The notes beneath the pieces are model-generated. The model ran no database searches. It had not been told where the DNA came from and saw only the letters and a list, made by a program, of their open reading frames with translations. This document shows, in pieces, positions 35,700 to 44,086 of a stretch of DNA of 64,000 nucleotides. A program made the translations under genes and the position numbers. The DNA comes from Gemmatales bacterium (lineage in GTDB: Bacteria; Planctomycetota; Planctomycetia; Gemmatales; HRBIN36), in the NCBI GenBank assembly GCA_025055835.1, contig JANWWR010000026.1, positions 14,220 to 78,219 of the forward strand, given 5' to 3'. Each line of letters starts with the position of its first letter. The stretch's first letter is position 1.

Positions 35700-37286
35700 A
35701 TGGCCAAACCCATCGGAATCATCGGCGGCGGTCTGGGCGGACTGGCGGCGGCGTGTGTCTTGGCCGCGCGGGGTTATCGCGTGGTGCTGTTCGAGAGCAA
35801 TCCGTATCTCGGGGGCAAGGCGGCAGTGCTGCACGCCAACGGCTTCCGCTTTGACATGGGGCCGACAATCCTGACCCTGCCCTCCGTTCTGGCCCGCATT
35901 TTCGCCGAGGCAGGTAAAGACATCCGGGAGGAACTCGAACTCATCCCGCTGGACCCGCAGTGGCGATGTTTCTTCGATGATGGGTCCGTGCTCGACCTTG
36001 AAGCCGATGTGGACCGCATGACCAAGCGGCTACGGCAATTCTCCCCCGAGACTTCCAGCGACCAAGGCTACCGCCGATTCATGGATTTGTCTCGCCAGTT
36101 GCACGCCATTTCCGACCGCTATTTCTTCTGGAGGCCGGTGGGTGGTCTGGGCGATGTTTTCGATGCCCGGGGTACGTTTCGAGTCAACACGCTGCGGGAC
36201 GTCCTGGCTCTTCGCATGGGGCGGACCGTGGCAGGTGTCATTCGCGGGCATGTTCGGGATGCCCGTGTGGCCCAGATGCTCGACCATTTCACGCAATACG
36301 TCGGCAGCAGTCCGGAGGCGTCGCCGGCGGTGCTCTGCGGCATCGCGCACATGCAGACCAGCGAAGGCGTCTGGTATCCGCGCGGCGGAACCCGAGCCGT
36401 CCCTGAGGCGCTGGAACGATTGGCTCGTGATTTGGGCGTCGAGGTGCGAACCGAAACGGGTGTCCGCCGGATTCTCACTGACTCGACCGGTCGGGTCAGC
36501 GGAGTGGAAACCGACCGGGGTGAGCGGATCGGCGTCTCTGCCTTGGTCTCGAACATGGACTGCGTTCGAACCTTCAAAGAGCTACTGGGCGGCAAGGCGG
36601 CATCAGCCTTTGAGCGGCAGCGGCATCACGAACCGGCCTGCTCCGGCGTCGTACTTTTCCTCGGCCTTCGCCAGCGCTACGACCATTTGTTGCACCATAA
36701 CTTTGTCTTCTCCCGCGATCCGCATGAGGAGTTCGACGCCATCTATCGTCGTGGGGAGCCTGCCGAGGATCCGACATGCTATGTCTGTGCGCCGGCCCGA
36801 ACGGAACCGCAGGTCGCTCCTCCTGGCGGAGAGGCCCTCTATGTGCTCGTCCATACTCCGTACTTGCGGCCGCATCACGATTGGAAGACAATGTTGCCGC
36901 GCTACCGGCGAGTAATCTTCGACAAGCTGTCCCGCACCGGCGGTCTCTTGGATTTGGAAGATCGGATCGCGTACGAGAGTGTGTTGACCCCGGAGGATAT
37001 TCATCGGCGTTACCGCGTCCTTCAGGGGGCCATCTACGGCTTGGCCAGTCACGGGCGATTCCTCGGCGCATTCAAGCCCAACAACCGCAGCCGGCTCGTT
37101 CCGGGTCTCTACCTGGCAGGCGGGTCGGCTCACCCGGGACCGGGCATGCCGATGGCCCTGATGTCCGGCTGGATCGCGGCGGACGCCCTGGATCGGGACG
37201 GCGTGGCCGAAGATGCTCGCATCGCAACCTCGCTTCACACCCCGGCAGTGGCTACCCATGTCCACGATTCAACGGCCCTGGCGTGA
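35700..37286 (+). CDS. Second phytoene desaturase family protein (CrtP/CrtD/CrtN-like oxidase or desaturase)
   Basis: MAKPIGIIGGGLGGLAAACVLAARGYRVVLFESNPYLGGKAAVLHANGFRFDMGPTILTLP...YLAGGSAHPGPGMP. Confidence 0.85.
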   Translation: MAKPIGIIGGGLGGLAAACVLAARGYRVVLFESNPYLGGKAAVLHANGFRFDMGPTILTLPSVLARIFAEAGKDIREELELIPLDPQWRCFFDDGSVLDLEADVDRMTKRLRQFSPETSSDQGYRRFMDLSRQLHAISDRYFFWRPVGGLGDVFDARGTFRVNTLRDVLALRMGRTVAGVIRGHVRDARVAQMLDHFTQYVGSSPEASPAVLCGIAHMQTSEGVWYPRGGTRAVPEALERLARDLGVEVRTETGVRRILTDSTGRVSGVETDRGERIGVSALVSNMDCVRTFKELLGGKAASAFERQRHHEPACSGVVLFLGLRQRYDHLLHHNFVFSRDPHEEFDAIYRRGEPAEDPTCYVCAPARTEPQVAPPGGEALYVLVHTPYLRPHHDWKTMLPRYRRVIFDKLSRTGGLLDLEDRIAYESVLTPEDIHRRYRVLQGAIYGLASHGRFLGAFKPNNRSRLVPGLYLAGGSAHPGPGMPMALMSGWIAADALDRDGVAEDARIATSLHTPAVATHVHDSTALA

Positions 37287-38112
37287 AACCGACTTTGACT
37301 CGCTCCTGCCCCGGCGGTCGCTCTGGCTGATCGCCGCCTTTCGTCGTTATGTGTACTGGTATCTCCTCAGGCACTTCACCGCGATCCGGCTGGATCGTCG
37401 CGGATTTCTGCCGGAAGCTTTGAAAGCGCTTCAGCCAAGTGACATATGCTTGTCAACTTCATGCGAACGCTTACCCGACGGACCGGTGGTTGTCGTGCTC
37501 AACCATCCTTCCTGGTGGGACCCGCTGATATGCCTGGTGCTCAGTGATCTGTTTCCCAACCGCGTCCATTACGCGCCCATCGACTCCGCGTCGTTGGAGC
37601 AATATCGCTTCTTTGGCAAGCTGGGCTTCTTCGGCGTCCAGCCGCGCAGCGTCCCGGGAGCGCGGGTGTTTCTGCGGACTGGGCAGGCAATTCTCAACCA
37701 GCCGCGCTCCATGCTCTGGGTCACGCCGCAGGGCCGATTCGTGGACGTGCGGGATCGCCCGATCCGCATCGAAGCGGGGCTCGGCCATCTGCTTGCTCGG
37801 TGTCCTCATGCCGTGGTCCTGCCGCTGGCCCTGGAACTGACATTCTGGGAGCAACGTCTTCCCGAGGCGTTGGCCCGGTTCGGAGAGCCGATTCGCTGTG
37901 ACATTCCGATGTCACCGCAGGACTGGACACGGCGGATCGAAACGGAACTGGAACGGAATCTGGATGAACTGGCGGAGGCTGCCCGGAGCCGGAACCCGGA
38001 GGCGTTTCTCATTCTGCTGGAAGGTCGGCAAGGAGTGTCGTTCTTCTATGATCTCTGGCGGAAAGCACGTTCCCGAATTGTGGGGTTATTCGGATCGTCG
38101 AGGCAGCCATGA
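37258..38112 (+). CDS. PlsC/lysophospholipid acyltransferase-family protein (CruD-like carotenoid-glycoside acyltransferase candidate)
   Basis: HX4D motif in VVVLNHPSWWDPL. Its start overlaps the upstream gene's 3' end, and its stop overlaps the next start (ATGA at 38109-38112). Confidence 0.7.
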   Translation: MSTIQRPWRETDFDSLLPRRSLWLIAAFRRYVYWYLLRHFTAIRLDRRGFLPEALKALQPSDICLSTSCERLPDGPVVVVLNHPSWWDPLICLVLSDLFPNRVHYAPIDSASLEQYRFFGKLGFFGVQPRSVPGARVFLRTGQAILNQPRSMLWVTPQGRFVDVRDRPIRIEAGLGHLLARCPHAVVLPLALELTFWEQRLPEALARFGEPIRCDIPMSPQDWTRRIETELERNLDELAEAARSRNPEAFLILLEGRQGVSFFYDLWRKARSRIVGLFGSSRQP

Positions 38113-39272
38113 TTGGCCTTAGTGTTTCGCTCCTTGCCCTGACCCTGGCGGCCCTGCCCGCTCTGCTTTTCATTCGGAACCTGAGGCTGTACCGGCCCTG
38201 TCCGAAGAATGAGCGGCCGGGGCAGAATGACACTTGGCCGGGTGTCTCTGTGCTGATCCCGGCCCGCAACGAGGAGCGAAGCATCCGAGCCGCCGTGGAA
38301 TCGGTCCTGACCAACCGCTACCCCGATTTCGAGGTTCTGGTTCTCGACGACGATTCCGAGGACCGCACGGCCGCCATCGTCTCCGAACTGGCGAGGCGCG
38401 ATGCCCGAGTGAAACTGCTCAGCGGTCCACCCTTACCCCCGGGCTGGAATGGCAAGCAACATGCCTGTGCCGTGCTCGCTGGCGAGGCGACGCGGCCCCT
38501 GTTGCTGTTTCTGGACGCCGACGTGCGGCTTACCCCGGACGCTCTAGTCCGCTTAGTTAGGCAGTTGGAACTCAGTGAATCGGACCTGCTCAGTGGCATT
38601 CCGCGCCAAGAAACAGGCACGATTTTGGAAAAGCTGGTCATTCCGCTGATTCATTTCGTGCTGCTCGGCTTTCTGCCGTTGGAGCGGATGCGTAAAAGCA
38701 CTCATCCGGCGTATGCGGCCGGTTGTGGTCAGCTGTTTCTTGCCAGGCGGTCGGCCTACGAGGCATCGGGTGGTCACGCGGCGATTCGGGAGACGCTGCA
38801 CGACGGTCTTCGACTGCCCCGGGTGTTTCGGCAAGCCGGTTTCCGAACCGATTTGTGCGACATCACCGACTTGGCCGCGTGCCGCATGTACCGGGGAGCG
38901 TCCGAATTGTGGCGGGGTCTGGCGAAGAACGCCACGGAGGGATTGGCGGCTCCGTCGATCATCGGCCCGGCCACGGTGCTTCTGTTCGGGGGCCAGATTC
39001 TGCCGTTTGTGCTGGCCGGTCTGTCGCCCTGGCTCACGACGACGGCTGCGGTGTTGTCCTGGCTGGCCGTCGGCATGGCTTGGCTGCCGCGGTGGCTCGG
39101 CGTCTTTCGCTTCCGTCAGTCGCTCATGGGAGCGATTCTGCATCCGCTCGGCGTGGCCGTGCTCCTAGCGATCCAATGGTTCGCTCTGTTCCGCCAGCTG
39201 ATGGGTGGGAAATCGGATTGGAAAGGCCGATCTTACCAGCCTAGTCGAGTAGAGGTCGGCGTCGGCTCGTGA
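38109..39272 (+). CDS. Glycosyltransferase family 2, membrane-bound (CrtQ/CruC-like carotenoid glycosyltransferase candidate)
   Basis: VSVLIPARNEERSI...VLVLDDDSEDRT...LLFLDADVRL (GT-A DxD motifs), with N- and C-terminal TM helices. Confidence 0.8.
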   Translation: MIGLSVSLLALTLAALPALLFIRNLRLYRPCPKNERPGQNDTWPGVSVLIPARNEERSIRAAVESVLTNRYPDFEVLVLDDDSEDRTAAIVSELARRDARVKLLSGPPLPPGWNGKQHACAVLAGEATRPLLLFLDADVRLTPDALVRLVRQLELSESDLLSGIPRQETGTILEKLVIPLIHFVLLGFLPLERMRKSTHPAYAAGCGQLFLARRSAYEASGGHAAIRETLHDGLRLPRVFRQAGFRTDLCDITDLAACRMYRGASELWRGLAKNATEGLAAPSIIGPATVLLFGGQILPFVLAGLSPWLTTTAAVLSWLAVGMAWLPRWLGVFRFRQSLMGAILHPLGVAVLLAIQWFALFRQLMGGKSDWKGRSYQPSRVEVGVGS

Positions 39273-39297
39273 AGACCGCTCGGCGGCGGCGACGTCG

Positions 39298-39504
39298 TCA
39301 CTTGGTGGCGGCCGGGTCAGGCGGCTGAGACGGATTCGGCATCACGACCGGCGGATCGAAGCAGATTTCCTGCCGCTGAATGCGAACGCTCTCCGGAGCA
39401 GTGAAGCCCAGTCGCACCTGACTTCCTCGGATGTCCACCACGGTGACACGGATGTTGTCGGCGATGATGATGCTCTCGCCGATCTTGCGGGTGAGGACAA
39501 GCAT
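39298..39504 (-). CDS. csrA: Carbon storage regulator CsrA
   Basis: [47 protein letters not shown] is the near-canonical CsrA core. GGGAGG SD lies upstream. Confidence 0.93.
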   Translation of the reverse strand: MLVLTRKIGESIIIADNIRVTVVDIRGSQVRLGFTAPESVRIQRQEICFDPPVVMPNPSQPPDPAATK

Positions 39505-39551
39505 TGGGGTCCCTCCCAGGTTGGGGCGTGTTTCCTCGGCAAACCGACGCT

Positions 39552-39557
39552 ATTATA
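39552..39557 (-). promoter_or_regulatory. Candidate -10 box (TATAAT on minus strand) for csrA
   Basis: The minus strand reads ...TGGGCA-(about 17-18 nt)-TATAAT..., then a leader of roughly 45 nt ending in CCUGGGAGGGACCCCAAUG. Confidence 0.3.
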
Positions 39558-39664
39558 CGCAGGCAAAGCAAGCCCTGCCCAGAGCGGCTTGTCCCGCTGC
39601 CCTTAACGATGCCGATCGGCGTCGGGGACAATGAGTTGCAGTGATCCGGGGAGGAGCCACGGCG

Positions 39665-41614
39665 ATGATTTCGCGAACCGTTCTTGCCCTAGTTGGCCTA
39701 CAGCTGTTGGCGGCCAGTGCCAGCTGGGGGCAAACCGCACCTGGGGATGAGTTATTCCACCATTACCTGTCCCTGCAAACGGCCCGGATCAGTCAGCGTT
39801 TCCTTGACGGGGCGACGAGCTGGGAAGAATGGACGGCCCGTCGGCCCCGCTTGCACCGGCAGTATCTCGAAATGCTCGGCCTGTGGCCCCTGCCGGAAAA
39901 GACGCCCCTGCACGCTACCGTCACCGGCATCCTGGAGCGGGACGATTTTGTTGTCGAAAAGTTGCACTTTCAAACTCGTCCGGGCTTGTACGTCACGGGC
40001 AATCTTTATCGGCCTCGCCAAGTCGAGGGGAAGCTTCCCGCGGTACTGTACCTGTGCGGTCATTCCAATAAGGGACGGGACGGCAACAAGACGGCGTATC
40101 AGCAGCACGGTATCTGGTTCGCCCGGAACGGCTACGTCTGCCTCATACTCGACACGTTGCAGCTGGGCGAGATTCCCGGCGTGCATCACGGTACTTACCG
40201 CGAAGGCCGATGGTGGTGGCAGGCGGTTGGCTACACGCCAGCGGGAGTCGAGTGCTGGAACGGCATCCGGGCCTTGGATTATCTCGAAAGCCGTCCCGAG
40301 GTCGATCCCGAACGTCTCGCCGTCACGGGACGCAGCGGCGGCGGAGCGGCTACCGTGTGGATCAGTGCCGCCGATGAACGGGTCAAAGTGGCCGTGCCCG
40401 TCAGCGGACATTCTGATTTGGAATGCTACGTCGCCGACAAGGTGATCAACGGCCACTGCGACTGCATGTTCCTCGTCAACAAGTACGGCTGGGAATGGAC
40501 GACCATCCTGGCGCTCATTGCCCCCCGTCCTCTGCTGTTTCTCAATTCCGGGCATGACACGATTTTCCCGATGGATGGCAATGACCGCATCCGGGCACGG
40601 CTGGAACGGCTCTACGCCATGTACGACAAGGACGTGGCCAAGCGTTTCGATGTCGGCGTGGTGCCCGGGGGCCATGTGGATGGCGTGGAACTGCGGCTGA
40701 TGGCTTATCGCTGGATCAATCGGCACCTGAAGAACGACAACCGCGAAGTCAGCGAGCCACCCGTGCCACCCATCCCCGGCCCTGACCTGCGAGTCTTCCC
40801 CGAAGACCAGGACCTGCCCAAAGACGCCGTCAACGGCCGCGTGGACGAAGTCTTCGTGCCGTTGCATCGTCCTGAGATCCCCAAGTCCGGGAACGAGTTC
40901 CGCACTTGGCGGGAAAAGCTGCTCGACCTTGTGGAGGAAAAAGTTTTCTCCTGGCCGGAAGGGGCACGAGCCGCCGAGGTGCTTCGCGCCAACACTGGCA
41001 ACCGTGTGGTGTTGACGACGGAACCGGGGATGCTCGTGACAGCGACGCGGATCGTCCCACGACCCGAGAAGCCAAAACGCCAGTGGCTCATCGTGCTCAA
41101 TCCCGACGAGGCGGAGGACCAGCTTCCCGAGTGGGCCAAGTCCCTGATCGGGAAAGACGATGCCGCTGTGATCCTGAGTCCCCGAGGCGGCGGCTCGTTC
41201 CGCTGGACGCCGAAATCGCCCCCGAACTATGTCGAACGTGCCCATGCTCTCGTGGGAACGACAGTGGACGCGGGCCGGGTCTGGGATGTCCGGGCCGTTG
41301 CTCGCTGGTTACATGAGAACGATGAGGATTCTCTGCGTGTCCAGGTCGCCGGAAGAGGGCAGGCCGGCGTTGTTGCGGCTTACGCAGCCTTGTTCGAGCC
41401 GGCCATCGAAGCGGTCACGCTCGTGGAGCCGACAAGTTCCCATCGACAGGGTCCGATCTTTCTCAACGTGCTGCGCTATCTCGATGTGCCGGATGCGCTC
41501 GGTTTACTGGCTCCGATGCCCCTGGAGATCATCGGAGCCGATGCCAATGCCTTTCGGCAAACGGTCGAGATTTACCGAGCAGCCGGTGTTTCCGACCATC
41601 TTCGCATGCGTTGA
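39665..41614 (+). CDS. Secreted alpha/beta hydrolase (acetyl-xylan-esterase / dienelactone-hydrolase / S9-like)
   Basis: Signal peptide MISRTVLALVGLQLLAASASWG. Nucleophile elbow in AVTGRSGGGAATVW. PAVLYLCGHS. ATG 39665 lies after GGGGAGGAG. Confidence 0.8.
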   Translation: MISRTVLALVGLQLLAASASWGQTAPGDELFHHYLSLQTARISQRFLDGATSWEEWTARRPRLHRQYLEMLGLWPLPEKTPLHATVTGILERDDFVVEKLHFQTRPGLYVTGNLYRPRQVEGKLPAVLYLCGHSNKGRDGNKTAYQQHGIWFARNGYVCLILDTLQLGEIPGVHHGTYREGRWWWQAVGYTPAGVECWNGIRALDYLESRPEVDPERLAVTGRSGGGAATVWISAADERVKVAVPVSGHSDLECYVADKVINGHCDCMFLVNKYGWEWTTILALIAPRPLLFLNSGHDTIFPMDGNDRIRARLERLYAMYDKDVAKRFDVGVVPGGHVDGVELRLMAYRWINRHLKNDNREVSEPPVPPIPGPDLRVFPEDQDLPKDAVNGRVDEVFVPLHRPEIPKSGNEFRTWREKLLDLVEEKVFSWPEGARAAEVLRANTGNRVVLTTEPGMLVTATRIVPRPEKPKRQWLIVLNPDEAEDQLPEWAKSLIGKDDAAVILSPRGGGSFRWTPKSPPNYVERAHALVGTTVDAGRVWDVRAVARWLHENDEDSLRVQVAGRGQAGVVAAYAALFEPAIEAVTLVEPTSSHRQGPIFLNVLRYLDVPDALGLLAPMPLEIIGADANAFRQTVEIYRAAGVSDHLRMR

Positions 41615-41764
41615 CGCTCCGGTTGTGCGGAATCTTCTGCGGTTCCCTTCGGCTTCCGCGGTATTCCTGCTGGCTGTTGCGGCGGAGCTTTCAGCAGGCT
41701 GACGCGGCTTTCCGATGTCACTTCCCGAAGCATCGCAGCATTGCTCGGGAAGGATCGGCACCGC

Positions 41765-42634
41765 ATGGATGCGAACCGCTCGCCAACCTGGAAACGTCGT
41801 TCAGGCTTCCTGCTACTGGCTACCGGCGTGTTCTCCGTCATGGGCTGCCTGAGCGGTTTTCATCCCATCCGTCCGCCTCAGGACTGGGCCGTCGCTCCGC
41901 CGCCGACTCCGCCCCGCGCCGCCCAGGACCATGTGTACGTCTTCTTCGTCCACGGCCTGGATCCGCTCGACTACGCCAACCTGAGCGGCCTGCGGAAGTT
42001 CGTCCACGACCTCGGCTACACCCGGACCTATTACGGCCAGGTGTATCATGGTCCGCATTTTGAGAAGGAAATCCTGGAGATTCGCTCGGTGGACGAACAA
42101 GCCCGCTTCGTACTGGTCGGGTTCAGTGCCGGGGCCAATGTCGTCCGCAACATGGCCAACAACCTGGCCGACGAGGGCGTCTTCATTGACTTGATGGTCT
42201 ATCTTGGCGGGAACACGCTGGAAGACGAGGACCGCAACCGCCCTGCCAACGTTGGGAAGGTGCTGCACGTCCTGTGCAGCGGTTACATCTGGAAGGGCTA
42301 TGACATCGCTGGCGTCGAGAACATCCGCTACCCGGACAAGTGGCACTTCGATTCGCCGTCCCACCCGGAAACGCTGCGGCGTCTGGCCGAGGAGTTGCTC
42401 GAAGTCAGCAGCCGAGTTACCGCTCTGGTCCCCATTGAAGACGAGCAACCGCAACAGGCTCCGATGCCCCGACCGGTCAGCCAGGTCCGCAAACCCGCGT
42501 CAGTTTCTCCAGACTGGGACCTCCTCAAACCGCGCGCCGCCCTGGAGCCGCCAACGAGCCGCTGGCCCCTGCGGAAACCCAGCGACTGGGCCAGGACGTT
42601 GACCCACTCCAAGCAGCCCATGGCCGCCAAGTAG
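41765..42634 (+). CDS. Lipoprotein with alpha/beta-hydrolase-like core (GxSxG)
   Basis: Lipobox FSVMGC. VYVFFVHGLDPLDYANL...RFVLVGFSAGANVV (GFSAG elbow). ATG 41765 lies after GGGAAGGA. Confidence 0.55.
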   Translation: MDANRSPTWKRRSGFLLLATGVFSVMGCLSGFHPIRPPQDWAVAPPPTPPRAAQDHVYVFFVHGLDPLDYANLSGLRKFVHDLGYTRTYYGQVYHGPHFEKEILEIRSVDEQARFVLVGFSAGANVVRNMANNLADEGVFIDLMVYLGGNTLEDEDRNRPANVGKVLHVLCSGYIWKGYDIAGVENIRYPDKWHFDSPSHPETLRRLAEELLEVSSRVTALVPIEDEQPQQAPMPRPVSQVRKPASVSPDWDLLKPRAALEPPTSRWPLRKPSDWARTLTHSKQPMAAK

Positions 42635-42836
42635 GCCGGCTTGTGAGCAATTGAGAACTGATCCGCCGATCTCCCGCCAAAAAGCCTGACGAATCTAAGG
42701 GTTTTTCCTGCAACCGCATAAAGCCGCTGCTAGGTTCTTTTCAAGCCTCCGACCTTCGTTTACACTCTAGGTCGGTAATCATGAACAGCCCCGGAGCCTT
42801 TCTCCCGGAACGAGGCGGCCAAAACATGGTGAGCGG

Positions 42837-43157
42837 ATGGGCAAGCAGGTAGCCCTGATAGTTCTGTCGCTGCTGCTCAGTTTCGGCTCGCTGGACGAGA
42901 CGCTGATTGGTTCGCCCAACGGAGCGAGCCGTTGCCCCCTGTCGCCAATTTCCCCCGCTCAAGAGGAAGAGGATGAGCACAAGTTCACGGTAAGCGTGAG
43001 CAGGATCGGCAGCGAAAAGGCCCAACCAGGCTCTCGTCCATCCGCCGAGTGCTCTCACTCTGAAGTCCTTGCCCGACCAGCCAACACACCTCTGGTTCCT
43101 TTGGGAATTGCCCGCCCGTCCCGCCACAACGGCTTTGGTGGGCTGTTACGCTGTTAA
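42837..43157 (+). CDS. Questionable small secreted Cys-containing protein (106 aa)
   Basis: MGKQVALIVLSLLLSFGSLDE looks like a signal peptide, and the first half has GC-rich third positions. The SD is weak and no motif is recognised. It lies in an otherwise non-coding ~700-nt gap. Confidence 0.25.
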   Translation: MGKQVALIVLSLLLSFGSLDETLIGSPNGASRCPLSPISPAQEEEDEHKFTVSVSRIGSEKAQPGSRPSAECSHSEVLARPANTPLVPLGIARPSRHNGFGGLLRC

Positions 43158-43338
43158 TGCCACACCGCGGTCGCCGCTTATTGGCAACCGCGCCCGTCGT
43201 TCCGCCTCGTGGCTCGAAAAATGGCTGAACCATAGCACGACCTGCAAGCTACCTGCGTTCAGCCCGTGTCCGCCGGCAGAGTGCTTCTCCAACCGTGGCA
43301 GATTGAGTTCGCAAGCAGCGCCGTGAGGAGCGGAAACC

Positions 43339-44007
43339 ATGCTGCAAAAACTGGTTGCCGGGGCGCATCGTTTCCAGTCGGACATCTTCGCCAAGCATCG
43401 GGAAGTGTTCGAACGGCTGGCCGACGGCCAGCATCCGCAGGCGCTGTTTATCACCTGCTCCGACTCGCGGATCAACCCCAACCTGATCACGCAGACCGAG
43501 CCGGGCGACCTGTTCATCCTGCGGAACGCGGGCAACATCGTGCCTCCCTACGGGGCAGCCAACGGCGGCGAGGGGGCGACCATCGAGTTCGCGGTGATGG
43601 GACTGAACATTGACGACATCATCGTTTGCGGCCACACGCACTGCGGAGCGATGAAGGGCCTGCTCCATCCGGAAAAACTGGAAGAGATGCCCCTGCTGAA
43701 AAACTGGCTGAGGCACGCCGAGGCCACCCGGCAGATTGTCCGCGAGAAGTACCACGAGCTTCCCGAGGACCACCAGCTCAATGCCGCCATCCAGGAGAAC
43801 GTCCTGGTGCAGATTGAGAACCTGCGGACCTATCCGGTCGTGGCCGCCCGACTCGCCTCCGGCAAGCTCAAACTGCATGGGTGGGTGTACAGGATCGAAA
43901 CCGGCCAGATCTTCGCCTACGACGCCGACAAGGGGCAGTTTCTGCCACTGGCCGAAGAGCCGCACGAGATCCCCGCAGGCATTCTGCGAAGTGACCTGAG
44001 CATCTGA
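43339..44007 (+). CDS. Beta-class carbonic anhydrase
   Basis: LFITCSDSRINP (Zn Cys plus the Asp-Arg dyad) and IIVCGHTHCGAM (Zn His/Cys). GAGGAG SD upstream. Confidence 0.92.
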   Translation: MLQKLVAGAHRFQSDIFAKHREVFERLADGQHPQALFITCSDSRINPNLITQTEPGDLFILRNAGNIVPPYGAANGGEGATIEFAVMGLNIDDIIVCGHTHCGAMKGLLHPEKLEEMPLLKNWLRHAEATRQIVREKYHELPEDHQLNAAIQENVLVQIENLRTYPVVAARLASGKLKLHGWVYRIETGQIFAYDADKGQFLPLAEEPHEIPAGILRSDLSI

Positions 44008-44086
44008 TTGTCTTTGGCTGTGTCCGCCAGGAGGGCATTTGCCAGCCAAGCCGCGAGCAGGGATGCGTCCCAGAGGACGACCAACC

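Noticed and set aside
33899-35722. 607-aa ORF on the minus strand
   Set aside because: It is opposite the CrtI-family desaturase, which has an unmistakable FAD-binding N-terminus on the plus strand. The ORF is a shadow frame.
42635-43338. Housekeeping RNA (RNase P RNA, tmRNA, SRP or 6S RNA) or tRNA in the large gap
   Set aside because: I did not find GGAAAGUCCGG / ACAGAACCCGGCUUA (RNase P), a tRNA-like CCA-end/T-loop (tmRNA), or the SRP GGAA/AGCA domain-IV motifs on either strand. It is kept only as an unexplained gap in findings.
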